From a virus (lineage: Duplodnaviria; Caudoviricetes): 64,000 bases of DNA. Location: IMG/VR virus record IMGVR_UViG_2926647115_000001. One strand, given 5' to 3'. A program made the translations under genes and the position numbers. The notes below the pieces were generated by a model. It was given only the letters and a program-made list of their open reading frames with translations. It was not told where the DNA came from and did no database searches. This document shows, in pieces, positions 9,818 to 17,997 of this stretch; position 1 is the first letter of the stretch, and the number at the start of each line of letters is the position of its first letter.

Positions 9818-10719
9818 CGGGTGGTCTCCTTCGCTAGAACGGTGTCGCGGATGAGGGTGATGTCGGCGAGGTTCCCGGCGGCGAGGTAAACCTTGAGGCC
9901 GTCGCCGGTGGTGCTTCCCGACCGCGGGGCCGGCACGGTGCCGCGCCAGCCGCGGACGTGCGCCTCGTACCGGCGGAACGACTCGATCGTGGCGCGGTTC
10001 AGCCATTCGCGGTCCCTGCTGCCGCGCGGGCCGACCTCGCGCACGAGCGCGAACCCGGGTGTGGACACGTGCGTCGGGTTGCCGCCGTAGGCGCGGATGA
10101 GGTTGGCGTGCTGGGCCGCGCGTCGGTCACCGACGCGGAAGGTCTGGAAATGCCTGCCGTTCCACAGTGTCAAGGTGCCGGTGCGGGAAGCCGAGTTCCA
10201 GTAGGACGAGTCCACCGAGTACCACGGCAGGATGTGCGGGTACGGCGGCCGGGTCAGCCCGAACCCGTGCAGCCGGGTGTTGTAGTCGCGGGCGATCTGG
10301 TGGGCCTTGATCAGCCACCGCATCATCGCCATCTCCCGTTTCGCGAGGTGCACGGCGCCGCCGAGCGCCACATACGGGTGCTCCGCGCACAGCCGGTGCA
10401 GCTCAGGCCACGGGCTCCCGACGTGGAACGCGGGCATGATCGTGACCCGGCCGCCAGTGCGGGCCAGCAGCCGCTCGGTGTTGCGGGCCGTCGCCACCGG
10501 GTCGCCGATAACGTCGAGCGTGGCCGCGCAGTTGATCACCGCGGCGTGCTGGGTGAGCCAGTCGCCGTACTCGTCGATGTCCACCGATCCGCCTGTGGTG
10601 AAAGCGCTGAACGCGCCGCTGTCGGCGAAGAAGTCGACCCCGGGTCGCTTCTTCAGCTCCGCGGTGAGGTCGAGCTTGCGCAGGTAGAAGTACGACCCGA
10701 GGACGTGAACCGCGGTCAC
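9814..10719 (-). CDS. dpdA: DpdA-like DNA 7-deazaguanine transglycosylase (TGT fold)
   Basis: FFADSGAFS, LDVIGD, ALGG, LHGFG, WYSVDSSYW; coupled to queC. Confidence 0.75.
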   Translation of the reverse strand: MTAVHVLGSYFYLRKLDLTAELKKRPGVDFFADSGAFSAFTTGGSVDIDEYGDWLTQHAAVINCAATLDVIGDPVATARNTERLLARTGGRVTIMPAFHVGSPWPELHRLCAEHPYVALGGAVHLAKREMAMMRWLIKAHQIARDYNTRLHGFGLTRPPYPHILPWYSVDSSYWNSASRTGTLTLWNGRHFQTFRVGDRRAAQHANLIRAYGGNPTHVSTPGFALVREVGPRGSRDREWLNRATIESFRRYEAHVRGWRGTVPAPRSGSTTGDGLKVYLAAGNLADITLIRDTVLAKETTR

Positions 10720-11330
10720 AGCTCGGCCCGGTCGATGCCGAGCGCGGCGGCGAACGCCGCCACCTCGTCCCCAGTGTGCGTGTCGACGTGCGCCTTCCAC
10801 GCCGCCATCAGCATCGGCGGGATCGACAGCCGCAGCACCGGCCACAGCTCCGGGTCCGCCCCGTCGTCGTCGCTGGACCCGTACTCCTCCGCCAGCGAGT
10901 CCAGATCCGCGGGCTCGCCGAGCTGCTTGGACAGTTGCTCGAGGTCGGACTCGTCGTAGCCGGTGCCAGCCAGGTCCGGCAGCTCGGCCAACAGTTCGGC
11001 CAGCAGCCGATCGTCGTACCCGCTGCCCACCTCCGCGGTGCGGTTGTCCGCAAGCACGATGCGGCGGGCGCGTTCGTCATCGCAGGTGATCACGTCGCAC
11101 CGGATCGTCAGCCACCCCTCCTCGCGGGCCGCCAGGTAGGTGTGGTTCCCGGCCAGCACAGTGCCGCCGGCGCGCGGGTTGTCCGGGTCGTCGGCGCGGA
11201 CCACGATCGACCGGTACTGCTTGTTCTCCCGCAGCGACTCGCGGATGACCGCGAGGTTGCCCTGTCGCGGGTTGCCCGGGAACGGGCTGAGTGTGTCGAT
11301 CGGCAGCTCGAACGTGCCCAAGTAGTCCAA
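10716..11330 (-). CDS. ParB/Srx N-terminal domain protein
   Basis: PGNPRQG, VLAGNHT, IVLADNR; TTG start with GGGGGA RBS. Confidence 0.8.
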   Translation of the reverse strand: MDYLGTFELPIDTLSPFPGNPRQGNLAVIRESLRENKQYRSIVVRADDPDNPRAGGTVLAGNHTYLAAREEGWLTIRCDVITCDDERARRIVLADNRTAEVGSGYDDRLLAELLAELPDLAGTGYDESDLEQLSKQLGEPADLDSLAEEYGSSDDDGADPELWPVLRLSIPPMLMAAWKAHVDTHTGDEVAAFAAALGIDRAEL

Positions 11331-11590
11331 CGGATCCCCCCAGATACCCCCGGTCTTGCTGGTCGCGATTCTGCCACAGCTGTTGCGCAACTGTTTCGAT
11401 GACGCGCGGCGCGGGTACCCGCGGGAAAGAGGCGGCGGGGGCGTCCTGCGACCCCCCTCGATCCGCAGGACACCCCCGACAGTGGGGACCCGGAAAGCCG
11501 GGACAAGCAGCCGAAACGGTGCGTCACACGCGACTGTCGGGACCCCGTCTCCCCCCTCGTGGCGACATCCTAACCCCGTGATCGCTCCGG

Positions 11591-11619
11591 ACCGCAACAC
11601 CTGGCGTTAGTGTTGCGGT
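11591..11619. promoter_or_regulatory. Inverted-repeat operator ACCGCAACAC-N9-GTGTTGCGGT
   Basis: Perfect 10-bp inverted repeat between the divergent parB operon and mIHF gene. Confidence 0.55.
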
Positions 11620-11656
11620 CGCGCCGGTGAGGAGTCCGTTCTGAGGGGGTAGCTCG

Positions 11657-12010
11657 ATGCCGTCCACGCCTGTCCCGCAACGCAGCCCGGAGCAACGCCG
11701 TAGGGCTATCGAGGCCGCGTTGGCGTGCCGGCGTGAACGGGCCCGGCTGCGTCGCGCACTGCACACCGGGGAGATCACGCTCGCGGACTGGTTCACGCTG
11801 GCCGACCGCGACCCGGACGGTGTGGCGGCCAGGACACGACCGATCGACCTGGTACGGGCATGGCCCGGGCATCGGCGCACCGAGCGCGCCCAGGCGGTGC
11901 TGGACGCCCTCGGCATCGCGAAGGCCCGCCGCGTGCGCGGGCTCGGGAAACGACAGCGCGCCGCCCTCATCCGAGAGATGGACACCCGGATGGGACGGCG
12001 CGATGCCTAA
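11657..12010 (+). CDS. Actinobacterial integration host factor (mIHF/sIHF) homologue
   Basis: PEQRRRAIEAA..RRERARLR..LGIAKARRVRGLGKRQRAAL follows the mIHF pattern. Confidence 0.8.
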   Translation: MPSTPVPQRSPEQRRRAIEAALACRRERARLRRALHTGEITLADWFTLADRDPDGVAARTRPIDLVRAWPGHRRTERAQAVLDALGIAKARRVRGLGKRQRAALIREMDTRMGRRDA

Positions 12011-12168
12011 GAGGTCCCAATCAGGGCAGGCGAAACCCGCAGAACGGGTAGCGTCGAGCACGTCGACGCCTCCATCCTCGGAAGACCTCGCCGTCTATCC
12101 CGGGACCGACGGAGCTTAACCCACCGCAGGATGTTGGCGTCGCTTTCGGGGCTCGCGGCTGGTAGGGC

Positions 12169-13041
12169 TCAGGGCTGGATGCCGACGAGCGGGGCAGTTG
12201 TCTGCCAGAAGCGGTCGATGAGCGCTTCGTCGTGGACTTGCTTGTTGGTCTGCCGCGGTTTGGCGGGCTTCTGCTGGGAGTAGAAGCGGCCGGGTTCCCA
12301 GTCGATCCCAGGGGTGCCGGTGAGGAAGTGGGCGAGGTTCGATCCGCCCTTCTCGGGTGAGATCAACGCGACTCGTGACAAGGGGGTCCGGTACATCAGC
12401 CGGGTCATGATGTTGTTGTTCTCTGCGCCGAAGGCGGTCCGTACGTTGCCTGGATCGAACGCGACGGCGTTGATTCCGGCATCGTGGTAGCGGGCGTGAA
12501 GGCCCTGGGCGAACAGGATGTTCGCTAGCTTCGCATCGCCGTAGGCCCGCATCGGCGTGTAGCTCTTCTCGTGGTTCAGATCATCGACCTCGACCCGGCC
12601 GATGAGCCGGGCTGAGGCGCTCGAGGTGTTGATTACAACACCGTCCCCGGCCTGCAACCGGTCCAGGAGTAGGTGTGTGAGGAGAAACGGCGCGAGCAGG
12701 TTGACCTGGAACGTCTTCTCGTTGCCGTCGACGGTCACGGTGCGTTCGCCGAAAATGGCGCCGGCGTTGTTCGCGAGGGCGTCGACGCGGTCGAACGACT
12801 CCCGGATCTGCGATGCCAGACGTCGCACATCGTCAAGTCGGGTGTAGTCCGCGACGAAGTGTGCAGCGGCTCCGACCTCGCGGGCGGTGGCCGCCGTCTT
12901 CTCGACCGACCGACCCACGATCACCAACCGGCTTGCGGGCTGTGCCTGTGCGACCTGTCGCGCTGCCTCGGCACCGATCCCATCAGATCCGCCGGTGATG
13001 ACAACTACTCGTCCAGCCATATTCTCGCCTCTCTGTGACAT
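12169..13041 (-). CDS. SDR family oxidoreductase
   Basis: TGGSDGIG, NNAG, YGDAK (YxxxK). Confidence 0.92.
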   Translation of the reverse strand: MSQRGENMAGRVVVITGGSDGIGAEAARQVAQAQPASRLVIVGRSVEKTAATAREVGAAAHFVADYTRLDDVRRLASQIRESFDRVDALANNAGAIFGERTVTVDGNEKTFQVNLLAPFLLTHLLLDRLQAGDGVVINTSSASARLIGRVEVDDLNHEKSYTPMRAYGDAKLANILFAQGLHARYHDAGINAVAFDPGNVRTAFGAENNNIMTRLMYRTPLSRVALISPEKGGSNLAHFLTGTPGIDWEPGRFYSQQKPAKPRQTNKQVHDEALIDRFWQTTAPLVGIQP

Positions 13042-13100
13042 CTATGCGTCGAGACTGACACTACAGTGCCAGTGGTGTCTCAGGATGCTAGCCTGACGTC

Positions 13101-13712
13101 ATGGGTGCTGACCTGACGCTTCGACAGAGGACGCGGCGTGCGGTGCGCGCGGAGATCGTCGACGCTGCGATGAGCTTGTTCCTCAGCCAGGGTTTCGAGG
13201 CAACCACGATTGAGGAGATCGCCCGCGCTGCCGGGATCTCTCGGCGCAGCTACTTCCGTTACTTCGCAAACAAGGACGAGGCCCTCGCGGAGGCACTCGC
13301 TTCCATCGGCCAGACGATCGCTCAGGCACTCACCGAACGCCCCAAGGAAGAGGCACCATGGGATGCACTCCGGTTTGCCTTCGACCCTCTCGTCGAGCAG
13401 GCTAGCGCCCAGCCCAACGCTGAAGCCCTGGCCAAGCTCATGCTCGAACGCCCGTGCCTCCAGCAGGGCAAGAACACTGCTTGGCTGGCCGAAATCACCG
13501 CCGTGCTCGCACAGCGCCTCCCCGCCGATGAGGGCTCGCTTCGTGCGCGCGCTCTTGCTGCCGCAGCGATCACGTGCCTCCACACGGCACAGGAACAGTG
13601 GCTCGAACCAGGCGACAGCCGAGACCTCGGAGCGCTGCTCACCATCACCATGAGCGCCGTCCACCCATTCGCGGCAACCATCATCTCCACTCCCGCGATG
13701 ACCGACAGCTAA
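13101..13712 (+). CDS. TetR family regulator
   Basis: GFEATTIEEIARAAGISRRSYFRYFANK; divergent from SDR. Confidence 0.92.
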   Translation: MGADLTLRQRTRRAVRAEIVDAAMSLFLSQGFEATTIEEIARAAGISRRSYFRYFANKDEALAEALASIGQTIAQALTERPKEEAPWDALRFAFDPLVEQASAQPNAEALAKLMLERPCLQQGKNTAWLAEITAVLAQRLPADEGSLRARALAAAAITCLHTAQEQWLEPGDSRDLGALLTITMSAVHPFAATIISTPAMTDS

Positions 13713-13827
13713 CTCACGCCGCGTGCGGGGCGGAAGAATCAACTCCCTACAGATGCCATCGCTACACCCTCGATTGGGATGAGCCGCCAAAGCACTCGAC
13801 CGCGTCGTTGAACATGGTGGATCCGTC

Positions 13828-14076
13828 CTAACGGGCGGGGTTCTCGTCGTTGGGGATGATCATGGTGGCGTCGGGGTCGCCCTGTTCCCACGCCTTCGTC
13901 GCCGCCCACCGCCGTTGCGCCTGGCTCGGCCGATACAGCACGATGGGCCGGGGCTGGTTCACCCGGGCCGCCCGCACCCACAACGCCATCAGCGCGGCGA
14001 CGAGCACGAGCACGAGCATCCCCGCCGCTGCGGCGAGACCAACCCACAGGAAGCTCACTCCGGGTTCACCAGGCAT
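13828..14076 (-). CDS. Small membrane protein
   Basis: Single hydrophobic helix; GAGGGG RBS. Confidence 0.55.
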   Translation of the reverse strand: MPGEPGVSFLWVGLAAAAGMLVLVLVAALMALWVRAARVNQPRPIVLYRPSQAQRRWAATKAWEQGDPDATMIIPNDENPAR

Positions 14077-14212
14077 CGCACCCCCTCACACCTCGGACAG
14101 CGCAGCCCGGCGATGTAGACCCCGCACCCGGTGCACGAGTAGGTGCCCGCCTTCGGGTAGGTCCACACCGCCGGGAGCCGCGGCGGCCGCGGCTCCCGGC
14201 GGTCTGGTTCGG

Positions 14213-14722
14213 TCACTCTTCCCCCGACGCGTCGATCACCAGCGAAGGAACAGCCCACTCCGGACTGGTCACATCCGGCACGCACTCGCACCCGTCCACG
14301 CCGCACTCCAACTGGCTGTCCCGCGTCCGCACGTGCAGGATTTGCGGGTGGCGGCAGGTGCCACAGCGTGGCTTCTGGATCGCCGCCGCCTCGAACGCGG
14401 ACCGCGCCGCGAGCACCTTCTCCAAGGGGCCTTCGAGGTCGATCCGCCCGGTCGGCAGGTAGGCCGTCAGCTGGATCGTCTCTCCCTGCACCGGCTGCGC
14501 CACGCCCTCCCGCCGCCAACGGACGAGGTTCCGGCCGTACACCGCCCCGTAGACCCCCGCCGAGGCGATGAACCCCCACTGGCGGGTGGCGATCGCGTAC
14601 CCGATCCACAGCGCCTGCGCGGCGAGCCCGATCGCCCAGCCCGACGACGACTTCCGGCCGGCGAGCCACATCCCCGTGACCCCGACCGCCGTGAGAAGCC
14701 AAGACCACCACTCCGGGGCCAT
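14213..14722 (-). CDS. PnuC-like membrane domain fused to Cys/His-rich tail
   Basis: WSWLL..GMWLAGRK..GW.IGL..Q.LW..YA...QWGF pattern. Confidence 0.55.
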   Translation of the reverse strand: MAPEWWSWLLTAVGVTGMWLAGRKSSSGWAIGLAAQALWIGYAIATRQWGFIASAGVYGAVYGRNLVRWRREGVAQPVQGETIQLTAYLPTGRIDLEGPLEKVLAARSAFEAAAIQKPRCGTCRHPQILHVRTRDSQLECGVDGCECVPDVTSPEWAVPSLVIDASGEE

Positions 14723-15090
14723 CAGACCGGTCCTCCCGGTTGCGCGTCGGCCAGGGGCTCCACCGGCGCGGGCAGGTGGTCGAGCTGGTGCAGCAGCCCG
14801 GACCCGCTGCACTCGCGGCAGAGCACCAGGACGCCGGGCTCGCCGCCGTCGACGACCCTGTCCCCCGCCCGCGGCGCGCGTGGGTGGGTGTTGCGCTCGA
14901 GAGTGTCGGCGGCGTCGGAGAGCAGGTACACCCACTCGGCGTCGCCCATCTCCACCGCGCGCTGCCGCAGCGCGCGCACAGCGGCGATGGCCCCGCCCCG
15001 CGCGACCGCGTTCGGCTCGGTCCCGTCAGGGAGCCGGTCTGCGGCGCGGTCGGCGGCGTGGGCGATACCGAGGGCCAGTTCCACCGTCAC
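14722..15090 (-). CDS. Hypothetical protein
   Basis: GTG start overlapping upstream stop; GC3-rich frame. Confidence 0.5.
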   Translation of the reverse strand: MTVELALGIAHAADRAADRLPDGTEPNAVARGGAIAAVRALRQRAVEMGDAEWVYLLSDAADTLERNTHPRAPRAGDRVVDGGEPGVLVLCRECSGSGLLHQLDHLPAPVEPLADAQPGGPV

Positions 15091-15491
15091 TGGGCCACCG
15101 CCTTGTCGACGGAGAAGCGCAGGGTGCGGGTCGGGTCGTCGGTCAGGGTGTAGGTCTTGCCGCCGTCGGTGCTGAACGCGGCCGGGTTGCGGCGGGACTG
15201 GTACAGGCCGGGCTGCCCGGCCACGGCCTCGTCGTGCTCGAACCACTCGGCCGGGTCGGTGGTGAGCGGCGACAGCGGCTGGAAACGCGCGAGCGTGCTG
15301 AACACCTCCACGGTGTGCTCGGCACTGAATCCGGAGTGCCCACCGCCCGCGAACACGCGGATCAGGTCGAGGAGGTGGCCGCGCATCGGGTCTTCCTCGC
15401 CGATCAGGTCCAGCTCGCGGATCGCGTGCTGCACCAACGGGGACTCCGCCGTCGTGTCCTCGGGGTGGGTGGGCTGCTGAGGGTTGGTCAC
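15087..15491 (-). CDS. Conserved phage hypothetical protein
   Basis: HAIREL..F..GHSGFSA..PLSPLT..EW..QSRR..FS.DGG motif typical of phage proteins. Confidence 0.6.
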   Translation of the reverse strand: MTNPQQPTHPEDTTAESPLVQHAIRELDLIGEEDPMRGHLLDLIRVFAGGGHSGFSAEHTVEVFSTLARFQPLSPLTTDPAEWFEHDEAVAGQPGLYQSRRNPAAFSTDGGKTYTLTDDPTRTLRFSVDKAVAQ

Positions 15492-15565
15492 TTGTTCTCC
15501 CGTCGCAGGGGTTCGGTACCAGAGAGGGCGCGGCACCGCGCGGACTGGCGGAGCTGCGCGGGTAG

Positions 15566-15901
15566 TCACAGGAATTTGGTGCCGCCGCCGGACAGGCCGG
15601 GCGCGGTCTTGGACAGCTCGGCCTGGAGCTGCTTGACGATTCCGGCCGCGGTCTCGGGATCGAGGTCCGGGGTGTTGACGATGAACACGGCGGGTCGATC
15701 GATTCGCTCAGCCACGGCGAGTTGGGCGTAGCCCTGCCCGATCCGGGCTGCGGCATCCAGCAGCGCCGGCTGGTTGCCCGTGTGGTTCGCCAGCTGGTCG
15801 TGCAGCTCCGCTGCCTTGTCGAGGTACAGGCGGGCCGCGGTCATGCTGTCCAGTGGCTCGGCGTCGCTGGTGTCGACGGCTTCGGTGTTTTCGTTCTCCA
15901 T
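15566..15901 (-). CDS. Hypothetical protein
   Basis: AAGGGG RBS; coding-like composition. Confidence 0.55.
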   Translation of the reverse strand: MENENTEAVDTSDAEPLDSMTAARLYLDKAAELHDQLANHTGNQPALLDAAARIGQGYAQLAVAERIDRPAVFIVNTPDLDPETAAGIVKQLQAELSKTAPGLSGGGTKFL

Positions 15902-15944
15902 CAGGTGTTTCCCCCTTCTCGTTGTCGCAGGTGCGCTGGGCAGC

Positions 15945-16811
15945 TCACCCAGCTGGCCGTGCCCGTTCGATGGGCACGACCTGCATCACTGGGCCGGTAC
16001 GCTCGTCCTCAGACAGCTCGAACCCCAGGCTGGTCAACGCTTCGGCGATGCGGTGCGCCGCGAACACCGACGTCGACGACCGTCCGCCGGCGCGGAGCGG
16101 CACGGGAGCGGACGCCTCCAGGCCGGGGCCAGTGACGGTGACGGTGGTGTCTTCGGTGAGCTTCCCGCCGGCCAGGCCGTGCAAGGTGGCGATGTGGCCG
16201 CGCAAGACCTCCACAGTGGCGCTGCCGACAGACACGGCGCCCCAACCGCTGTACTTGCCGTCCGGCCACACCTTGCTGTGCTCGACGCGCCCGCTCGGGT
16301 ACGTCACGCGCACCCGGTGGCCCGGCGCCGGTGCCGCCGCGGTTGCTGGGACCTCGTTGGTCTCCCAGGGCGCGCGGTAGTCCGGGTGGTACTGGCTTCC
16401 GGGCTGGCCGGGTTCGTTGCTGCCGGTGCAGTCCCGGGTGTGGGAGGTGGCGTGCGGGCAGCGTTTGTTGCCGCAGTCCGGGCACACCACCATGTGTGTC
16501 TCGAACTCACCCCAGCTCGGGGCCAGGCACTCGTAGCACTGGCCGCACCCGCGATCCGGCGCCGAGGTGGCGCGGAGGCGCTGTTCGGCTTCCATCGCCA
16601 GGGTCAGGGCGGTGTGGTCACCGGTGACCGGCTCACCCTCGCCGCCCGGGTAGTCGGGGCCGCCAACGGGGTAGCCGAGCGCTAGCCCGAGGCGGTGTTC
16701 GATCTCGGCCAGCTCGGCGAGCGCGCCGCGTAGCTTGTGCTCCAGCGACTCGCGCGGCAGCCGCGCGATCCAGTCCGGTTCGGTAGCGAGCAGCTCGTCC
16801 TGGGCGGTCAT
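15945..16811 (-). CDS. Hypothetical protein with Zn-binding motif
   Basis: CPDCGNKRCPHA..C motif; ATG overlaps upstream stop. Confidence 0.55.
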   Translation of the reverse strand: MTAQDELLATEPDWIARLPRESLEHKLRGALAELAEIEHRLGLALGYPVGGPDYPGGEGEPVTGDHTALTLAMEAEQRLRATSAPDRGCGQCYECLAPSWGEFETHMVVCPDCGNKRCPHATSHTRDCTGSNEPGQPGSQYHPDYRAPWETNEVPATAAAPAPGHRVRVTYPSGRVEHSKVWPDGKYSGWGAVSVGSATVEVLRGHIATLHGLAGGKLTEDTTVTVTGPGLEASAPVPLRAGGRSSTSVFAAHRIAEALTSLGFELSEDERTGPVMQVVPIERARPAG

Positions 16812-17086
16812 CGCGTGCAGGTGGGGTCGTTTGGGACCACGCTGATCGACCCATACGAGGCGTCGCCGTGGTAGGCGACGGTGTAGCGGTTGCCGCGCAC
16901 GCACTTGGTGGCGAGGTTGGAGAACCCGTCGGGCATGGTGATGATGTCGGCCGGGCTGCTGTCGGTGAACTGGCTGCGCGGCGCGTCGTTGAACGGCTCG
17001 GTGATCTTGTCGGTGAAGTCGCACGCGGTGGTGGTGGCCACGACCGCGGCGAGCGCGGCGGCCAGCGCGAGGGTGCGTTTCTTCAA
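16808..17086 (-). CDS. Lipoprotein
   Basis: Signal peptide with lipobox TTAC; MPDGFSNLATKC. Confidence 0.65.
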   Translation of the reverse strand: MKKRTLALAAALAAVVATTTACDFTDKITEPFNDAPRSQFTDSSPADIITMPDGFSNLATKCVRGNRYTVAYHGDASYGSISVVPNDPTCTR

Positions 17087-17101
17087 GGGTGTCTCCTGTG
17101 G

Positions 17102-17389
17102 TCAGTGTTGGCGTTTCTTGAGCTTGCGGCGTTCGCGTTCGGACAGGCCGCCCCAGATGCCGAACCGCTCGTCGTTGTCGAGCGCGTATTGCAGGCATTC
17201 GCCCCTGACTTCGCAGCTGTGGCAGATGCGTTTGGCCTCCCGGGTGGAGCCACCCTTGTCCGGGAAGAACGCCTCGGGGTCGGTCTCCTTGCAGAGGGCG
17301 CGGTCCTGCCATGCGGGCTGTTCGTCTGCGTCGAAGGGTGCGACGAGATCGGCCAGGGTCAGGTTCTCGCTGGCGGTTGTGCGGGTCAC
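17102..17389 (-). CDS. whiB: WhiB family transcription factor (WhiB2-like)
   Basis: WQDRALC..DPEAFFP..C.SC...C..GIWGGLSERERR. Confidence 0.93.
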   Translation of the reverse strand: MTRTTASENLTLADLVAPFDADEQPAWQDRALCKETDPEAFFPDKGGSTREAKRICHSCEVRGECLQYALDNDERFGIWGGLSERERRKLKKRQH

Positions 17390-17467
17390 GGTGGTGGCCT
17401 CCTCCCCGGTGTCGTGGTCCGGAAATGGGTCCGCCGCGCCGGTATCGGGAACCGGCGCGGCGGGTGG

Positions 17468-17725
17468 CTACACGGGTGTGAGGTTGCGGCTCGCGGCCTG
17501 GCGGCGGGCGCTCCGGCGCTCGGCCGGGGTGGTGCCGCCGTAGATGCCGTTGTCGTCGCTCATGCCGTAGGCCAGGCACTCGGCCTGGACGGGGCAGTGG
17601 TGGCACACGGCCTTGGCGCGGGCGGCCTGCCGGTCGTAGCCGGGGGTGCCGGGCTCGCCGACCGGGAAGAACGTCTCGGGGTCCTCGGCCCGGCAGACGG
17701 CTCGGGTCTTCCAGTCGGCGGACAT
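17468..17725 (-). CDS. whiB: WhiB family transcription factor
   Basis: AVCRAEDPETFFP..CHHCPV..C..GIYGGTT. Confidence 0.9.
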   Translation of the reverse strand: MSADWKTRAVCRAEDPETFFPVGEPGTPGYDRQAARAKAVCHHCPVQAECLAYGMSDDNGIYGGTTPAERRSARRQAASRNLTPV

Positions 17726-17765
17726 GGTGGGGTCCCTCCTTTCGAGGCGGTTGCGGTGTGTTTGT

Positions 17766-17775
17766 GACTATACCC
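17766..17775 (-). promoter_or_regulatory. Recurrent promoter -10 GGGTATAGTC (also 34542+, 35120+, 51264-, 53816-, 53934+, 57769+)
   Basis: Seven exact 10-bp copies, each upstream of a gene in matching orientation; contains TATAGT. Confidence 0.7.
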
Positions 17776-17936
17776 CGCAGTGTTGCGGTGACGCCACCCT
17801 AAATCAGACCCGGAAAGCACAAGGCCCCCGTGCCAGTGACCTGCTCGATCTCCAGGTCCCAGACGCGGGGGCCACCCCCAGTTCCCGGCCACCCTAACCG
17901 CAACACCCCGCCACCGGAGCGCAACACGCGTACACG

Positions 17937-17978
17937 AAAAAGGGCGGGGGCCGTCCCGTCGCGGGACGGCCCCCGCCC
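17937..17978 (-). terminator. Intrinsic terminator after traB
   Basis: 17-bp perfect stem GGGCGGGGGCCGTCCCG with T-run on the minus strand. Confidence 0.75.
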
Positions 17979-17997
17979 AGGGGCTCCAGCAGTGGGG

